Assembly (NCBI GenBank): GCA_041690355.1 | Contig: JAWLHK010000004.1 | Coordinates: forward strand, 186,001-250,000 | Direction: 5' to 3' | Length of the DNA: 64,000 nucleotides | DNA from: a bacterium | Lineage (GTDB): Bacteria; J088; JAWLBW01 | Notes under the pieces: model-generated | Database searches by the model: none | What the model was told of the DNA's origin: nothing | What the model saw: the letters and a program-made list of their open reading frames with translations, nothing else | Shown here: positions 52,858-63,085 of the stretch, piece by piece | Layout: the number at the start of each line of letters is the position of its first letter | Numbering within the stretch: the first letter of the stretch is position 1 | Made by a program: the position numbers and the translations under genes

Positions 52858-54660
52858 TCAGAACCACGCGGGGCGCATGCCCGAGAAACTGTCGTCGCCG
52901 CGCCGGCACCGCTCAGCCAGTTCGCGGACGCGCGGGATCTCGGTCGCCATCCAGTACTGCGCGGCCTTCAGCTTGCCGCGGTAGAAGTCTTCGTCGTGCG
53001 CCCGCAACTTCAGCCCCTCGGCCGCGACCGCCGCCTGCAACAGCCACTGCCAGCCGACCACGAGAACGGAAAAGAGCATCAGGTAGTCGACGCTGTGGCG
53101 CATCATCGCCTCGGCGTCGCCCTGCATGCCCAGGGCCCCCAGGTGCATCGTGAGCGACGCGGCCTCATCGAATGCGTGTTCCACGGCATCGCTCCACGCG
53201 GCATCTACCCCGGCGGCCCGGGCGCGGGCCGCGACCGCGCGAATCTCGTCGCCGAGGATGCGGAGGGCGGCGCCCCCTTCGGCGACCACTTTGCGGCCGA
53301 GCAGATCCATGCTCTGGATGCCGGTCGTTCCTTCGTGAATGCTGTTCAGTTTCTGATCGCGCAACCAGGCTTCGGGAAGGTACTCGCTCGAGTACCCGTA
53401 GCCGCCGTGGATCTGCACGGCGAGGGCGTTCGATTCGAATCCGAACTCAGCCGGAAAGCTCTTGGCCACGGGGGTCAGGAGATCGAGCAGAAGGCGCGCC
53501 CGGACGCGCGCGGCCTCGTCGGGCGCGTGCGCCGCCAGATCGGCCTGCAGCGAGGCGGTGGCCAGTACGGCGAAGGCCCCCTCGACGATCGCCTTCTGAC
53601 GCAGCAGCATCCGCCGTACATCGGCATGTTCGATGAGCGGCACCGGCGGCTGCGCCGGGTCCTTGGCCGTCAGCGGCCGGCCCTGCGTGCGGGTCTGTGC
53701 GTACTGCAGCGATTCGTAATAGGCCACCGAGGCGGTCGACGCGCCGTTCATGCCGACCATGATGCGCGCCTCGTTCATCATCTGGAACATGTAGGCGAGC
53801 CCGCGATTCGGTTCGCCCACGAGCCACCCGCGGCAGTCTCCTTCTTCACCGAAGCTGAGCACGAGGCTCGGCAGCCCCTTCCAGCCGATCTTGTGCACGG
53901 CCCCGGCCGTGTGCACGTCGTTGAAGACCAGGCCGTCGCCCTCGGGACGCAGGCGCGGAACGGCGAAGAGCGAGATCCCCTTCACGCCGGCCGGCGCGCC
54001 CTCAATGCGGCCCAGCGTAAGGTGCACGATGTTCTCGGTCAGATCGTGATCGCCCCCCGAGATGAAGATCTTCGATCCCTGGATGCGGTAGGTGCCGTCG
54101 GCGGCGGGGGTGGCGCGCGTCTTGATGTCGGCCAGGCTGCTCCCCGCCTGCGGCTCGGTGAGCGCCATGGTACCGGTCCACGTGCCGTCGTACATGCGGC
54201 GCATGAACTCCTGCCGCAGCCAGTCGCTGCCGAAGGCTTCGATCAGGTGCGCGGCCCCTGCCGTGAGGCCGTGATAGCAGTAGGCGCTCAGATTTCCCGC
54301 CATGAGATAGGCGCTGGCGAGCCCGGCGACAACGACGGGCAGCTGCTGGCCGCCCACGTCTGCGGGGCGCGTGGCGTTGATGACCCCCAGATCGACCATG
54401 CCCGGGACGACGCGGTGCAGCGGCTCGGGCACGTGCATGCGCCCGTCGCGGAATTCGGGCGGGTTCTCGTCGGTAGGTTTGTAGGTCGGAAACAGTACGT
54501 CGCGGGCAAACCGGCGGGCGCTCTGGAGATAGAGGCCGAACGTGCCGCGATCGTGGTCGCTGAACCAGGGATAGGCGCAGAGGCGCTCGACGTCGAGAAC
54601 CTCGTAGAGCAGAAAATCGATGTTCCGGTCGCTGACCAGCGGATTGCTTCCGGTCGCCAT
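52858..54660 (-). CDS. Acyl-CoA dehydrogenase (long, ~600 aa type)
   Basis: [64 protein letters not shown]. Confidence 0.95.
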   Translation of the reverse strand: MATGSNPLVSDRNIDFLLYEVLDVERLCAYPWFSDHDRGTFGLYLQSARRFARDVLFPTYKPTDENPPEFRDGRMHVPEPLHRVVPGMVDLGVINATRPADVGGQQLPVVVAGLASAYLMAGNLSAYCYHGLTAGAAHLIEAFGSDWLRQEFMRRMYDGTWTGTMALTEPQAGSSLADIKTRATPAADGTYRIQGSKIFISGGDHDLTENIVHLTLGRIEGAPAGVKGISLFAVPRLRPEGDGLVFNDVHTAGAVHKIGWKGLPSLVLSFGEEGDCRGWLVGEPNRGLAYMFQMMNEARIMVGMNGASTASVAYYESLQYAQTRTQGRPLTAKDPAQPPVPLIEHADVRRMLLRQKAIVEGAFAVLATASLQADLAAHAPDEAARVRARLLLDLLTPVAKSFPAEFGFESNALAVQIHGGYGYSSEYLPEAWLRDQKLNSIHEGTTGIQSMDLLGRKVVAEGGAALRILGDEIRAVAARARAAGVDAAWSDAVEHAFDEAASLTMHLGALGMQGDAEAMMRHSVDYLMLFSVLVVGWQWLLQAAVAAEGLKLRAHDEDFYRGKLKAAQYWMATEIPRVRELAERCRRGDDSFSGMRPAWF

Positions 54661-54978
54661 CACGCCTCCACGGTGAAAACGCTCATGGTGCCAGCCCCGG
54701 CGACGGGTGTCGAGCCGGCGCCCGGCCAGGTGGCGTCTGTCGTATGCAGTCTTTGCACAAGGCAGGCGAGAAGCCGGGCCGCTCTGTCAGAGGGTAACGG
54801 CAACCCGGCCGCGCCGCCGGTGGGAACCATCCTCCTTGAAGGCCCCATATGTATCAATGCGGAACACTGTTGTGGCGTTTCGATACTTCGCGGGGTGCCG
54901 GTTTCTCGGTCCGGCGGTGGCGCGGTGGTTCGGTACGCTTCTCGCTACATTTCCGGATACCGAACCACGGAGAACGTC

Positions 54979-55179
54979 ATGGGCAACATCAAACACAAAA
55001 CCCTGCTCCCCTCCCTGAGCGAAAGCCTGCAGCGCGTCAAGCGCACCAGCGTCGACGCCTACGGGTACGGCGAGGTCATGGGGGGCAACCTGGTCGAGAC
55101 CGAAGGGATCGATCTCCACCATCACGAGCAGCTGCACGAAGACGCAAAGGACCCGAAGGCCGAGCAGAAGGCGAAGTAG
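54979..55179 (+). CDS. Small hypothetical protein, 66 aa, with His-rich C-terminal patch
   Basis: GGAGA RBS; MGNIKHKTLLPSLSESLQRVKRTS...DLHHHEQLHEDAKDPKAEQKAK; strongly GC3-biased codons; hidden as the tail of shadow ORF 52042..55179. Confidence 0.72.
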   Translation: MGNIKHKTLLPSLSESLQRVKRTSVDAYGYGEVMGGNLVETEGIDLHHHEQLHEDAKDPKAEQKAK

Positions 55180-55191
55180 CCGGCCTGCGGG

Positions 55192-58100
55192 TCACTCGCT
55201 GGGGGCCGGCTCGCCCGTCATCCGCCTGCGCAACGCATCGCGCAGGCCGATGACGTCTTCGAGAATCAGATACAGGCACGGGACGATCACGAGCGTGATG
55301 CCCGTGGCGAACATGACGCCGAAGCCCAGGCTGATGGCCATGGGGATGAGAAAGCGCGCCTGCACCGAAGTCTCGAGGATCATCGGCATCAGGCCGAAGA
55401 AGGTCGTCAGCGACGTGAGCAGAATCGGGCGGAACCGGCGGGTCACCCCCGCGGTTACCGCCTGCCAGGTCGTCATGCCCTCGTCGCGGAATCCGTTGAC
55501 GGCGTGCACGAGCACGAGGGAATCGTTGACCACGATCCCCGACAGGGCCACGATGCCCATCATGCTGATGACGCTCAGGTCGTAGCCGAGCAGAAGGTGC
55601 CCAAGCACGGCTCCGACGAAGCCGAAGGGAATGGCCGTCATGACGACGAGCGGCTGCAGGTAGCTGCCGAACGGAATGGCCAGCAGGGCGAAGACCGCGA
55701 CCATGGCCAGGATGAAGTTGCCCCCGAGCACCGAAAAGGTCTCGGCCTGATCCTGCTGCTGCCCGCCCATGGCGTAGGTCAGGTTGGGATACCGGGCTAG
55801 CAGATCGGGAAGAATCTGCTCCTGTGCCGTCGCGACGATTTCGTTCGCGTTTGCGACGCCGTCTTCGACATCGGCCGTCACGTTGACGACCCGCTTGCCG
55901 TCGACGCGCACGATCTCGGTATACGAACGGCCGCGCGTCACATCGGCCGCCTGCAGGAGGGGAATCTCCTGACCATTGGGCGCGCGCAGCAGAAAGCGTT
56001 CGATGTCGTGCTCGGAGACCCGATCGGCGCGCGGCAGGCGCACGTAGGTGCGCACCTCGTCGCGACCGCGCTGCTGCCGCACCGCCTCGACGCCGTAGAA
56101 GGCGTTGCGCACCTGCCGCGCCATTTCAAACTCCGTGATCGCGAGGCTGCGCGCTTCGGGGCGGATGCGCAGGTCGAGCTGCTCCTTGCCGGGCATGAAT
56201 CCGTCGTTCACGTCCTTGACGCCGTTGTAGGTCGCCAGCCCGGCGGCAAGCCGCGCCGCAGCCGCCTCGAGCACGTCGGTCTCCGGATGGCTCAACTCAA
56301 AGTCGATCGGCGCAGACGCCGCGGGGCCCGTCGAAAACCGGTAGGTCAGCGTCTCGATTCCAGGAATCTCACCGACGGCCTGCCGCCAGCGCCGGGCAAT
56401 CTCGCCGGCCTGCACTTCGCGGAAATCGCTCGGCGTCAGATAGGCGACGACTTCGGCGAGATGGCTCCCCCCTCCCGACCCGAGCTGCATGGGGCCGAAT
56501 TCGCCGGCGCCAAGGGCGCCGACCTGCGCAAAGACGCCGCGGCTCAGCGCTTCACGGCCGCCCGCCGACGCGAAGACCTCATCGAGCCCGCGCAGGATGC
56601 GCTCCTGGACGGCGCGGGTCTCCGAAACGGGCGTCCCGAACGGCATGCGCACGGTGACGATGATGCGGTCACTGTCGATGCGCGGCATGAAGGTGAACTG
56701 CAGGCGCCCCCCGGCCACCAGGCCGACCGTCAGAAAGAAGAGGGCGACGGCCACGGCCATCGTGACATAACGCATGGCCGCCAGGCGCTGAAACACCGGA
56801 CGATAGAGGTCGTGAACGAAGTATTCGAATCCGTCGTTGAACCGGCCGCGGAAGTGGTGGAGCCGGCCGCGCCAGCCGGTTGTTGCCGGCGGCTTCGTGT
56901 GCGCCAGATGCGAGGGGAGGATGAACAGCGACTCGAACAGCGAGAGCAGCAGCACCGTGATGACGATGATCGGAATGACGCCGAAGAACTTGCCGGTGAC
57001 GCCGGGCACGAAGAGCAGCGGCGAGAAGGCCGCCACCGTCGTCAGCACGCTGAAGGTGACGGGCCCGGCCACCGAGCGTACGCCGGCCACGGAGGCCTCG
57101 AGAAAACCCATCCCCTGCTGACGGTTGTAAAAAATTTCTTCTCCGACCACGATGGCGTCATCGACCACGATCCCGAGGACGACGATGAACGCGAACAGCG
57201 AGAGCATGTTGAACGAGACGTCGAGCCCCGGCATGAACAGCAGCGTACCGATGAAGGAGATCGGGATGCCCATCGTGACCCAGAACGCGAGCCGGATCTC
57301 GAGAAAAATCCCGAGCGTGAGCAGGACCAGGATGAGGCCGAGGTACGCGTTGCGCATCAGCAGATCGATGCGGTCGCGGTACAGTTCCGACGAATCGCCG
57401 AGGTAGGCGAGGCGGGCCGTCGGGGGGAGCTCCTGCGACACCCGCGCGATGTATTCCTTGACCGCTTCGGCGACCTCGATGGGGGTCTCGTTGCCGACGC
57501 GGAAGACTTTCACGAGCGCCGCGCGACGGCCCTCGAAGGTAGCCTCCTGATCGGTGTCGCTGAACCCGTCGCGTACGACGGCGACGTCGCGCACGAGCAC
57601 CTGCGTGCCGTCGGGGCGCGTGAGCAGCGCGATATCAGCGAATTCGTCGCCCCGGTTGCGCCGTTCGGTCGTGCGCAGCAGGATCTCGCCGCTGCGGGTC
57701 TCGACGGCCCCCGCCGGCAGCTCCACCGAAGCCGCGCGGATGCGGTTGGCCATGGCGTCGAGCGTCAGGCCGTAGCGGCGCAGATTGTCCTGCGAAATCT
57801 CGATGCTGATCTCATAGGGGCGCACGGCCGCGAGTTCCGCATAGCTGATGCGGGGATCGTCGAGCAGATCGTCGCGCACCTTCTCGGCCAGCACGCGCAG
57901 CGACAGTTCGTCCTGTTCGCCGTAGACAGCCACCGAGATGACTTCGCGCCGGCTGCTCGCGAGGCTGACGACGGGGCGTTCGGCGTCGGCGGGAAAAGAC
58001 TGAATCCGGTCGACGGCGCTCTTGACGTCGGCCAGGGCGCGATCGACGTCGGCGTTGTCTTCGAGCTCGACGATGACGACCGCCATTCCCTCCTGGGCGG

Positions 58101-58383
58101 TCGCGCGCACCTCCTTGAGGTCGTCGATGCCGCGGATCGACTCTTCGACCGCCAGCACGACCCCCTGCTCGACTTCGCTCGGGCTGGCGCCTGGGTAGGC
58201 GATAGCGACCGTGATGATGTCGAGCTCGAACTCGGGAAAGACTTCCTGGCGGATACGCGGCAGCGAGAGCAGCCCGCCGATGATCAGAACGGCCATCAAC
58301 AGATTGCCGGCTACCTTGTGGCGGGCCATCCAGGCCAGCGGCCCGCGGATGCGGTCGGCGGGCGTTTGCGGTTCGGCGGCCAT
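55192..58383 (-). CDS. RND efflux transporter permease subunit (AcrB/HAE1-like)
   Basis: YPGASPSEVE, LGIVVDDAIVVGE, GIVVND, RFRPILLTSLTT; ~1060 aa. Confidence 0.95.
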   Translation of the reverse strand: MAAEPQTPADRIRGPLAWMARHKVAGNLLMAVLIIGGLLSLPRIRQEVFPEFELDIITVAIAYPGASPSEVEQGVVLAVEESIRGIDDLKEVRATAQEGMAVVIVELEDNADVDRALADVKSAVDRIQSFPADAERPVVSLASSRREVISVAVYGEQDELSLRVLAEKVRDDLLDDPRISYAELAAVRPYEISIEISQDNLRRYGLTLDAMANRIRAASVELPAGAVETRSGEILLRTTERRNRGDEFADIALLTRPDGTQVLVRDVAVVRDGFSDTDQEATFEGRRAALVKVFRVGNETPIEVAEAVKEYIARVSQELPPTARLAYLGDSSELYRDRIDLLMRNAYLGLILVLLTLGIFLEIRLAFWVTMGIPISFIGTLLFMPGLDVSFNMLSLFAFIVVLGIVVDDAIVVGEEIFYNRQQGMGFLEASVAGVRSVAGPVTFSVLTTVAAFSPLLFVPGVTGKFFGVIPIIVITVLLLSLFESLFILPSHLAHTKPPATTGWRGRLHHFRGRFNDGFEYFVHDLYRPVFQRLAAMRYVTMAVAVALFFLTVGLVAGGRLQFTFMPRIDSDRIIVTVRMPFGTPVSETRAVQERILRGLDEVFASAGGREALSRGVFAQVGALGAGEFGPMQLGSGGGSHLAEVVAYLTPSDFREVQAGEIARRWRQAVGEIPGIETLTYRFSTGPAASAPIDFELSHPETDVLEAAAARLAAGLATYNGVKDVNDGFMPGKEQLDLRIRPEARSLAITEFEMARQVRNAFYGVEAVRQQRGRDEVRTYVRLPRADRVSEHDIERFLLRAPNGQEIPLLQAADVTRGRSYTEIVRVDGKRVVNVTADVEDGVANANEIVATAQEQILPDLLARYPNLTYAMGGQQQDQAETFSVLGGNFILAMVAVFALLAIPFGSYLQPLVVMTAIPFGFVGAVLGHLLLGYDLSVISMMGIVALSGIVVNDSLVLVHAVNGFRDEGMTTWQAVTAGVTRRFRPILLTSLTTFFGLMPMILETSVQARFLIPMAISLGFGVMFATGITLVIVPCLYLILEDVIGLRDALRRRMTGEPAPSE

Positions 58384-59567
58384 CAGGAACCCTGCTTCCC
58401 TTCGCTTTCGGGCGGAATTTCACGCAGCGCCATGCCCTGCAACGGAGTGGCGATCCGGCTGGTCACGATGCGCTCGCCGGCGGCAAGCCCGGACCGCACG
58501 AGCACGGAGTCTGCGCGGCGCCAGGCGACCTCGACCGGGCGGATTTCGAGGCGGCTGTCGGGAGTCATGACGTAGACCTCATCCCCTTCGCGCAAGGCGA
58601 CACGGGGAATCTCAATGACGTCTTCGAGCGCCTTGCCCTCGATGCGCACGTTCACAAAGGCGCCGAGAAAGAGCGGCAGCGGATTACTACCGTCGAGCGG
58701 TTGGGGAATATTGATCAGCAGACGCGCCATGCGCCCCGCCTGCTCCAGATCGCCGAGCAGCCTGACCGCTTCGCCGTTCCAAACACCGCGATCGGCGCCC
58801 GCATTAAGGATCACCTCGGCGCGGGCGCCCTGTTCACCGTCGGAGGGGAGGCGAATCGAAGCCACTTTATCGAGGGGAATCGAGGCCTGCACACGGAAGA
58901 TGTCAGTACCGACCAGCGCCGCGACGCGCACCGAAGGGCCCACGATCTGGCCGACGTCGACCGACTCGGACTGCACGAGGGCGTTCATGGGCGCGGTCAC
59001 CGTGGTGCGCTCGAGCGCGAGCTGCGCCTGCGCCAGGGCGCTGCGCGCCCCTTCGAGGGCGGCCTCGGCGGCGCGCAGCTGCGGTTCGCGCAGCACGAGC
59101 GGATTCGTGGCGCCGGTGACGGCGGCGCGATCGCGGGTCAACGCCAGCTCTTTCTCGGCGACGAGGCCGCGGCCCCGCTCCACCTCGAGCTCCACCTCGG
59201 CGCGGCGCACCTGGGCGCGCGCCTGGTTGACGGCGAGCTCGAAATCGCGCGGGTCGATGCGCATCAGCGGCGCTCCCTTGCTCACGCGGGCGCCAGCGAC
59301 GAGATCGGGGCTCTTCCACACGACGCGGCCGGAGACCTGCGGCGAGAGCGCGACCTGACTCGCCGGCACAACGGTGCCCTGGGCCTCGATCCAGGTCGCA
59401 TGCCGCCGGGCCTGCACCTCGAGAACCTCGACGAGCGCGGCCCGCTCTTCAATGGGGTTTTTTTCGGCCTTCGGTTTCGTGCGGACCAGGGTGACGAATC
59501 CGATGATGCCGACGACCAGAATAATCAGGGGGACGACGCCCCGAGACAGCAGTTTGCGACGATCCAC
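58383..59567 (-). CDS. RND periplasmic adaptor (membrane fusion protein)
   Basis: N-terminal TM; PQVSGRV, coiled coil, LERTTVTAP, GAFVNVRIEG, SGLAAGERIV; GTG start after AAGGAG; TGATG overlap. Confidence 0.92.
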   Translation of the reverse strand: MDRRKLLSRGVVPLIILVVGIIGFVTLVRTKPKAEKNPIEERAALVEVLEVQARRHATWIEAQGTVVPASQVALSPQVSGRVVWKSPDLVAGARVSKGAPLMRIDPRDFELAVNQARAQVRRAEVELEVERGRGLVAEKELALTRDRAAVTGATNPLVLREPQLRAAEAALEGARSALAQAQLALERTTVTAPMNALVQSESVDVGQIVGPSVRVAALVGTDIFRVQASIPLDKVASIRLPSDGEQGARAEVILNAGADRGVWNGEAVRLLGDLEQAGRMARLLINIPQPLDGSNPLPLFLGAFVNVRIEGKALEDVIEIPRVALREGDEVYVMTPDSRLEIRPVEVAWRRADSVLVRSGLAAGERIVTSRIATPLQGMALREIPPESEGKQGS

Positions 59568-59737
59568 GCGAGACTCCTTCGAGGGCCGCGCGCCTGCGCG
59601 GCCTCCATCCAGCCGGACGAGACGCGCCGCCTCGCCCCCCGCGCGCGCCGGGGTGCATCGCGGGTCAATCTTACAGTGTACCCCTCGCGGGCGGGCGCAG
59701 GCGAATCCGGCAATCGGAATCGGCCTGCCGCCGGGCC

Positions 59738-62700
59738 TCAGGGATCGGTCGTGAGGAGGTAGATCCGCCCCGCCTGGTATGCGGTGTGCGCGCTTCCGGG
59801 ACTGCCGATGACCCATTCGGGCCGCGGCATCCCGTTCCACTCCAGCGGCGCCAGCAGGCTGTAGCCCAGCCCGCCGTCGAGCGGATGGCCGGGAACTTCG
59901 TACAGAAACTCCCCGGTCGATCCGTCGAGCACGAATGTGCGCCCGACCGCATACTGGAAGCTCTGGAGCAGGCCGGGCGCGCCGACAATCGCGTCGGGGA
60001 CGCCGTCGCCGCTCACGTCGGCCATGGCCAGGGCCGAGCCGAAGCGAGGGCTGCCGCCCACGTCGGCAGCCGACTGCAGCCAGCGCTGCCCCCAATGGTC
60101 GCGCTTCGGCGACCAGGTGACCGCCACGGCGAACCCCGAAAGCATGTCGAGAGACGCGGGCGCGCCGATGAGCAGATCGGGATGGCCGTCGCCGTCCAGA
60201 TCGCCGGCACTCGCCAGCGCCGCGCCGAAACGGTTGCTCCAATACGGCGGCGCGGGAACGGCCCCGAGCAGGTCGCCGTCTGCCCCGCTGAAGACGTAGA
60301 CGCCGCCGGCGTATTCGTGCCCGACGGCCCCGGGCGCCCCCACGACGTAATCGGGCGTGCCGTCGAGATCGAAATCGACGCCCCCCAGCACGTCGGCACC
60401 GAAAAGCTGTCCGGGTGCGCCGTCGTGCACCCGCAGAACCGAGAAGTCGGCTCCGTCGAGCACGACGACACGGCCGGGACCCTCGCCGGGCGGGTCGCCC
60501 GATTCACGCGGCCACAGGCAGTCGCGGTGTGCGCACCCCAACCCCCCGACGACGACTTCGGAAACTCCATCTCCCGTGAGATCGCCGAGCACGGCGACGG
60601 CGAATCCGGCCTGCTGGCCTTCGAAGGTGCCGGCGTAGCTGTCGAGCAGCGCGCCGCCACCGTCGAGGAGATCGAGTCGGCCGCCGAGCAGAAGACCGCC
60701 CGAATCCGCAAGCGGTGAGGAAAGCAGAATCTCCGGCGCGCCGTCGCCGCGCAGGTCACCGATGGCGAGTGGCTGACCGGGAAGGTCGTAGTCGACCGGG
60801 AGCTGCCCCGAACCGGCGGAACCCAGCCAGGCCTCGGCCACCGGATCGAAGGTCCAGACGACGCCGTCGGCGCCCGCGACATAGATATCGGCGACGCCGT
60901 CAAGGTTGCGGTCGCCCGCGCCAAGACTGCCGCCGAGGCGCTGATCCTCAGTCATGCCGTCGGCAAACCCGATTATGCGAAGGTCGGTCGTGCGGCTGAT
61001 CTCGCCGCTGTACGGGCTTGCGCAGGCGCCGTCCCAGGCGCGCGCGCGAAGGTAGTACGTCGTCGAGACCGGGAGCGGCACGATCGCACCGAATCCGGCC
61101 GGCGTGCGCGGCGCCGGCACCAGCGGCGCACCCGGACCGATGGGGTTCGCATAGGCATAGGGGGGACCGGGCTGCGTCGCGAAATCCACCTCGTAGTAGC
61201 CGCCGAACGGGACCGAGTCGATGCGATAGAACATGCTCGCGGCGCCGCTCGTCGGATCGCCCAGCCCGGCCCAGGCCAGAAAGCGCGGCGCGGGAAGCGT
61301 CGTATACGCTGTGACCGGCGGCGGCGAAGCGGCTTCGAATCCGCCGAGGTCGACGACCGAAACCGAGGCGTAATAGACGCGGCAGTTGGGAACGGATGCG
61401 GCGAACCAGCCGCGCATCTCGGGGACGTAGTCGGGCGCGCAGGTTACTTGCGGGTCGTAAGCCGCGATGCCGGCCGGGCCGGCCTTGCAGACATACTCGC
61501 GCAGCGAATACGTGCGGTCGACCCACACCGCGCCCGTCTCGTCGGTCACGCGGATGTGATAGGCCTCGGTATCCCAGTTGTCGTCCCGGAACCGGAATTC
61601 GAACGAGCGGTTCACCCCGCGCACGGCCGAAAACGTAACCGGACCGGGCGGAACGGTGTTCACGACGACGGCTTTACGTGTATCCACCTCCCAGTCCGAA
61701 GCGTTCCACGCGGCATCGCGTACGCGAAACGAGAGGTAGCCCCTGCCGTCGAGGCCGAACGCCTGCGGCACCGTCCACGTCACGGGAGCCGGCGCCGAGA
61801 GTGAAAAGGCGAGAGCAGCCGGTCCCCCGATGGCGCTCAGGTCGGCTTCGCCGGCGACCGCGTCATCGCCACGGGAGTTGACGAGCACTTCAAGGACGTC
61901 ACCCTCGCCCCCGATTCCCGCGCGCGGAGCGTCGACAGACCAATCAACGAAGATACGCTGGAGATCGACCGGCGGCGGAGTCGAGTCATTTTCCATCCAG
62001 ACGGACGGGCTTTCGCGCCCGAACAGATCCGTCGCCGTGACGTAGATGATATCGTCGGGTTCTTCGACGTTGCCGGGGACGCTGCCATCGCCGATGCCGA
62101 CCGGTCCGAACGAGCCGTCCTCTCGAACGAGCACCTCGCCCAACTGCCGGCTCAGGTTGCGATCGGCGTACACGCGCAGCCGCGTTCCGGCTTCGGCGGC
62201 ATCGGCGAGCCCTTCGAGACGATCCTCCGATCCGGGGGGCGCCGTGTGCACGACCAGCCGGTCAACCAACGGGGGATACGGCGGGTTCGTCTTGACGACG
62301 ATGTCGTCGGTGACGGCCTCGGCAAACTCGCCGTAGGAATTGAAAAAACGCGCGTATACGGTCTTGCGCCCCTGCCCCGCAGACAGTTGGAAGCCGACCG
62401 TGCCGCCGGCGACGAAGGAGATCGGCAAGACCGCGTCGAGGTCGGCAGACGATTCAGCCAGGGAGACGCGCGCGCCGTTCACCGCCTGCAGGCGAACCGC
62501 GACCGTGTGAGAACGGGTCTCGGGCCGGTCGTCGTCGAGGACGATCGAGAGCCCCGAGAGCGGCAGGGGGGGCTCCTCCTCCATCCCCGAAGTCTCGTCC
62601 GGATCGGCGGGCTGCTCCTCGCCGCCGTCGGCGTCGGTGGCCCGGACGACGACGATGACACCCGGCAGACCACCCGAACCGACACCGAGCGCGCGCCCGT

Positions 62701-63022
62701 CGGCGCGCGCGTCGCCGTCGACGTCGACCACGGCATCGAACCGGCCTTCGACGCGGAACACGGCGCGGCCCCCGGCATCGGTGCGCGCCGAGGTCCAGTC
62801 TGTCGCAACGGCCGGATAACGCTCCCGCGCATCGGCAGGGGCCAGGTAAACGGAAACGCCGGCGGCCGGCGTACGGGAGTCGTAGGTCGACCCGCCGCGC
62901 ACGATACGGTCGAGCCAGACGACATGAACCGAAAGGTCGGCACCGACCTCATCGCGCCCGCACGCCGCGCTGAGCAGCAGAAGCGACGCAACGAGCGGGC
63001 GGATGTGCGTTTTCGGCTCCAT
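59738..63022 (-). CDS. Large lipoprotein with Ig/FN3-like domains and C-terminal FG-GAP (integrin-alpha-like) propeller
   Basis: Lipobox SAAC; repeated GDLxGDG..D..VGAP and FG.A motifs in the last ~400 aa. Confidence 0.85.
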   Translation of the reverse strand: MEPKTHIRPLVASLLLLSAACGRDEVGADLSVHVVWLDRIVRGGSTYDSRTPAAGVSVYLAPADARERYPAVATDWTSARTDAGGRAVFRVEGRFDAVVDVDGDARADGRALGVGSGGLPGVIVVVRATDADGGEEQPADPDETSGMEEEPPLPLSGLSIVLDDDRPETRSHTVAVRLQAVNGARVSLAESSADLDAVLPISFVAGGTVGFQLSAGQGRKTVYARFFNSYGEFAEAVTDDIVVKTNPPYPPLVDRLVVHTAPPGSEDRLEGLADAAEAGTRLRVYADRNLSRQLGEVLVREDGSFGPVGIGDGSVPGNVEEPDDIIYVTATDLFGRESPSVWMENDSTPPPVDLQRIFVDWSVDAPRAGIGGEGDVLEVLVNSRGDDAVAGEADLSAIGGPAALAFSLSAPAPVTWTVPQAFGLDGRGYLSFRVRDAAWNASDWEVDTRKAVVVNTVPPGPVTFSAVRGVNRSFEFRFRDDNWDTEAYHIRVTDETGAVWVDRTYSLREYVCKAGPAGIAAYDPQVTCAPDYVPEMRGWFAASVPNCRVYYASVSVVDLGGFEAASPPPVTAYTTLPAPRFLAWAGLGDPTSGAASMFYRIDSVPFGGYYEVDFATQPGPPYAYANPIGPGAPLVPAPRTPAGFGAIVPLPVSTTYYLRARAWDGACASPYSGEISRTTDLRIIGFADGMTEDQRLGGSLGAGDRNLDGVADIYVAGADGVVWTFDPVAEAWLGSAGSGQLPVDYDLPGQPLAIGDLRGDGAPEILLSSPLADSGGLLLGGRLDLLDGGGALLDSYAGTFEGQQAGFAVAVLGDLTGDGVSEVVVGGLGCAHRDCLWPRESGDPPGEGPGRVVVLDGADFSVLRVHDGAPGQLFGADVLGGVDFDLDGTPDYVVGAPGAVGHEYAGGVYVFSGADGDLLGAVPAPPYWSNRFGAALASAGDLDGDGHPDLLIGAPASLDMLSGFAVAVTWSPKRDHWGQRWLQSAADVGGSPRFGSALAMADVSGDGVPDAIVGAPGLLQSFQYAVGRTFVLDGSTGEFLYEVPGHPLDGGLGYSLLAPLEWNGMPRPEWVIGSPGSAHTAYQAGRIYLLTTDP

Positions 63023-63085
63023 GGCGTGACCGCACACAGTCTATCACGCGCGCAGACCGGTCAACCAACCGGGTCGCTGCGGCCG

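Noticed and set aside
52042-54978. 1045-aa plus-strand ORF
   Set aside because: Antisense shadow of the acyl-CoA dehydrogenase and GT-like genes, common in high-GC DNA; only its last 66 codons look like a real gene.
54661-54978. Long intergenic region as a riboswitch or ncRNA
   Set aside because: No recognisable aptamer consensus or terminator by eye; an Rfam/Infernal scan would be needed.
56008-58575. 855-aa plus-strand ORF (likewise 10211..12694, 15119..17098, 7396..9393, 35597..37318)
   Set aside because: Each lies antisense to a gene with clear family motifs and has no motifs of its own.
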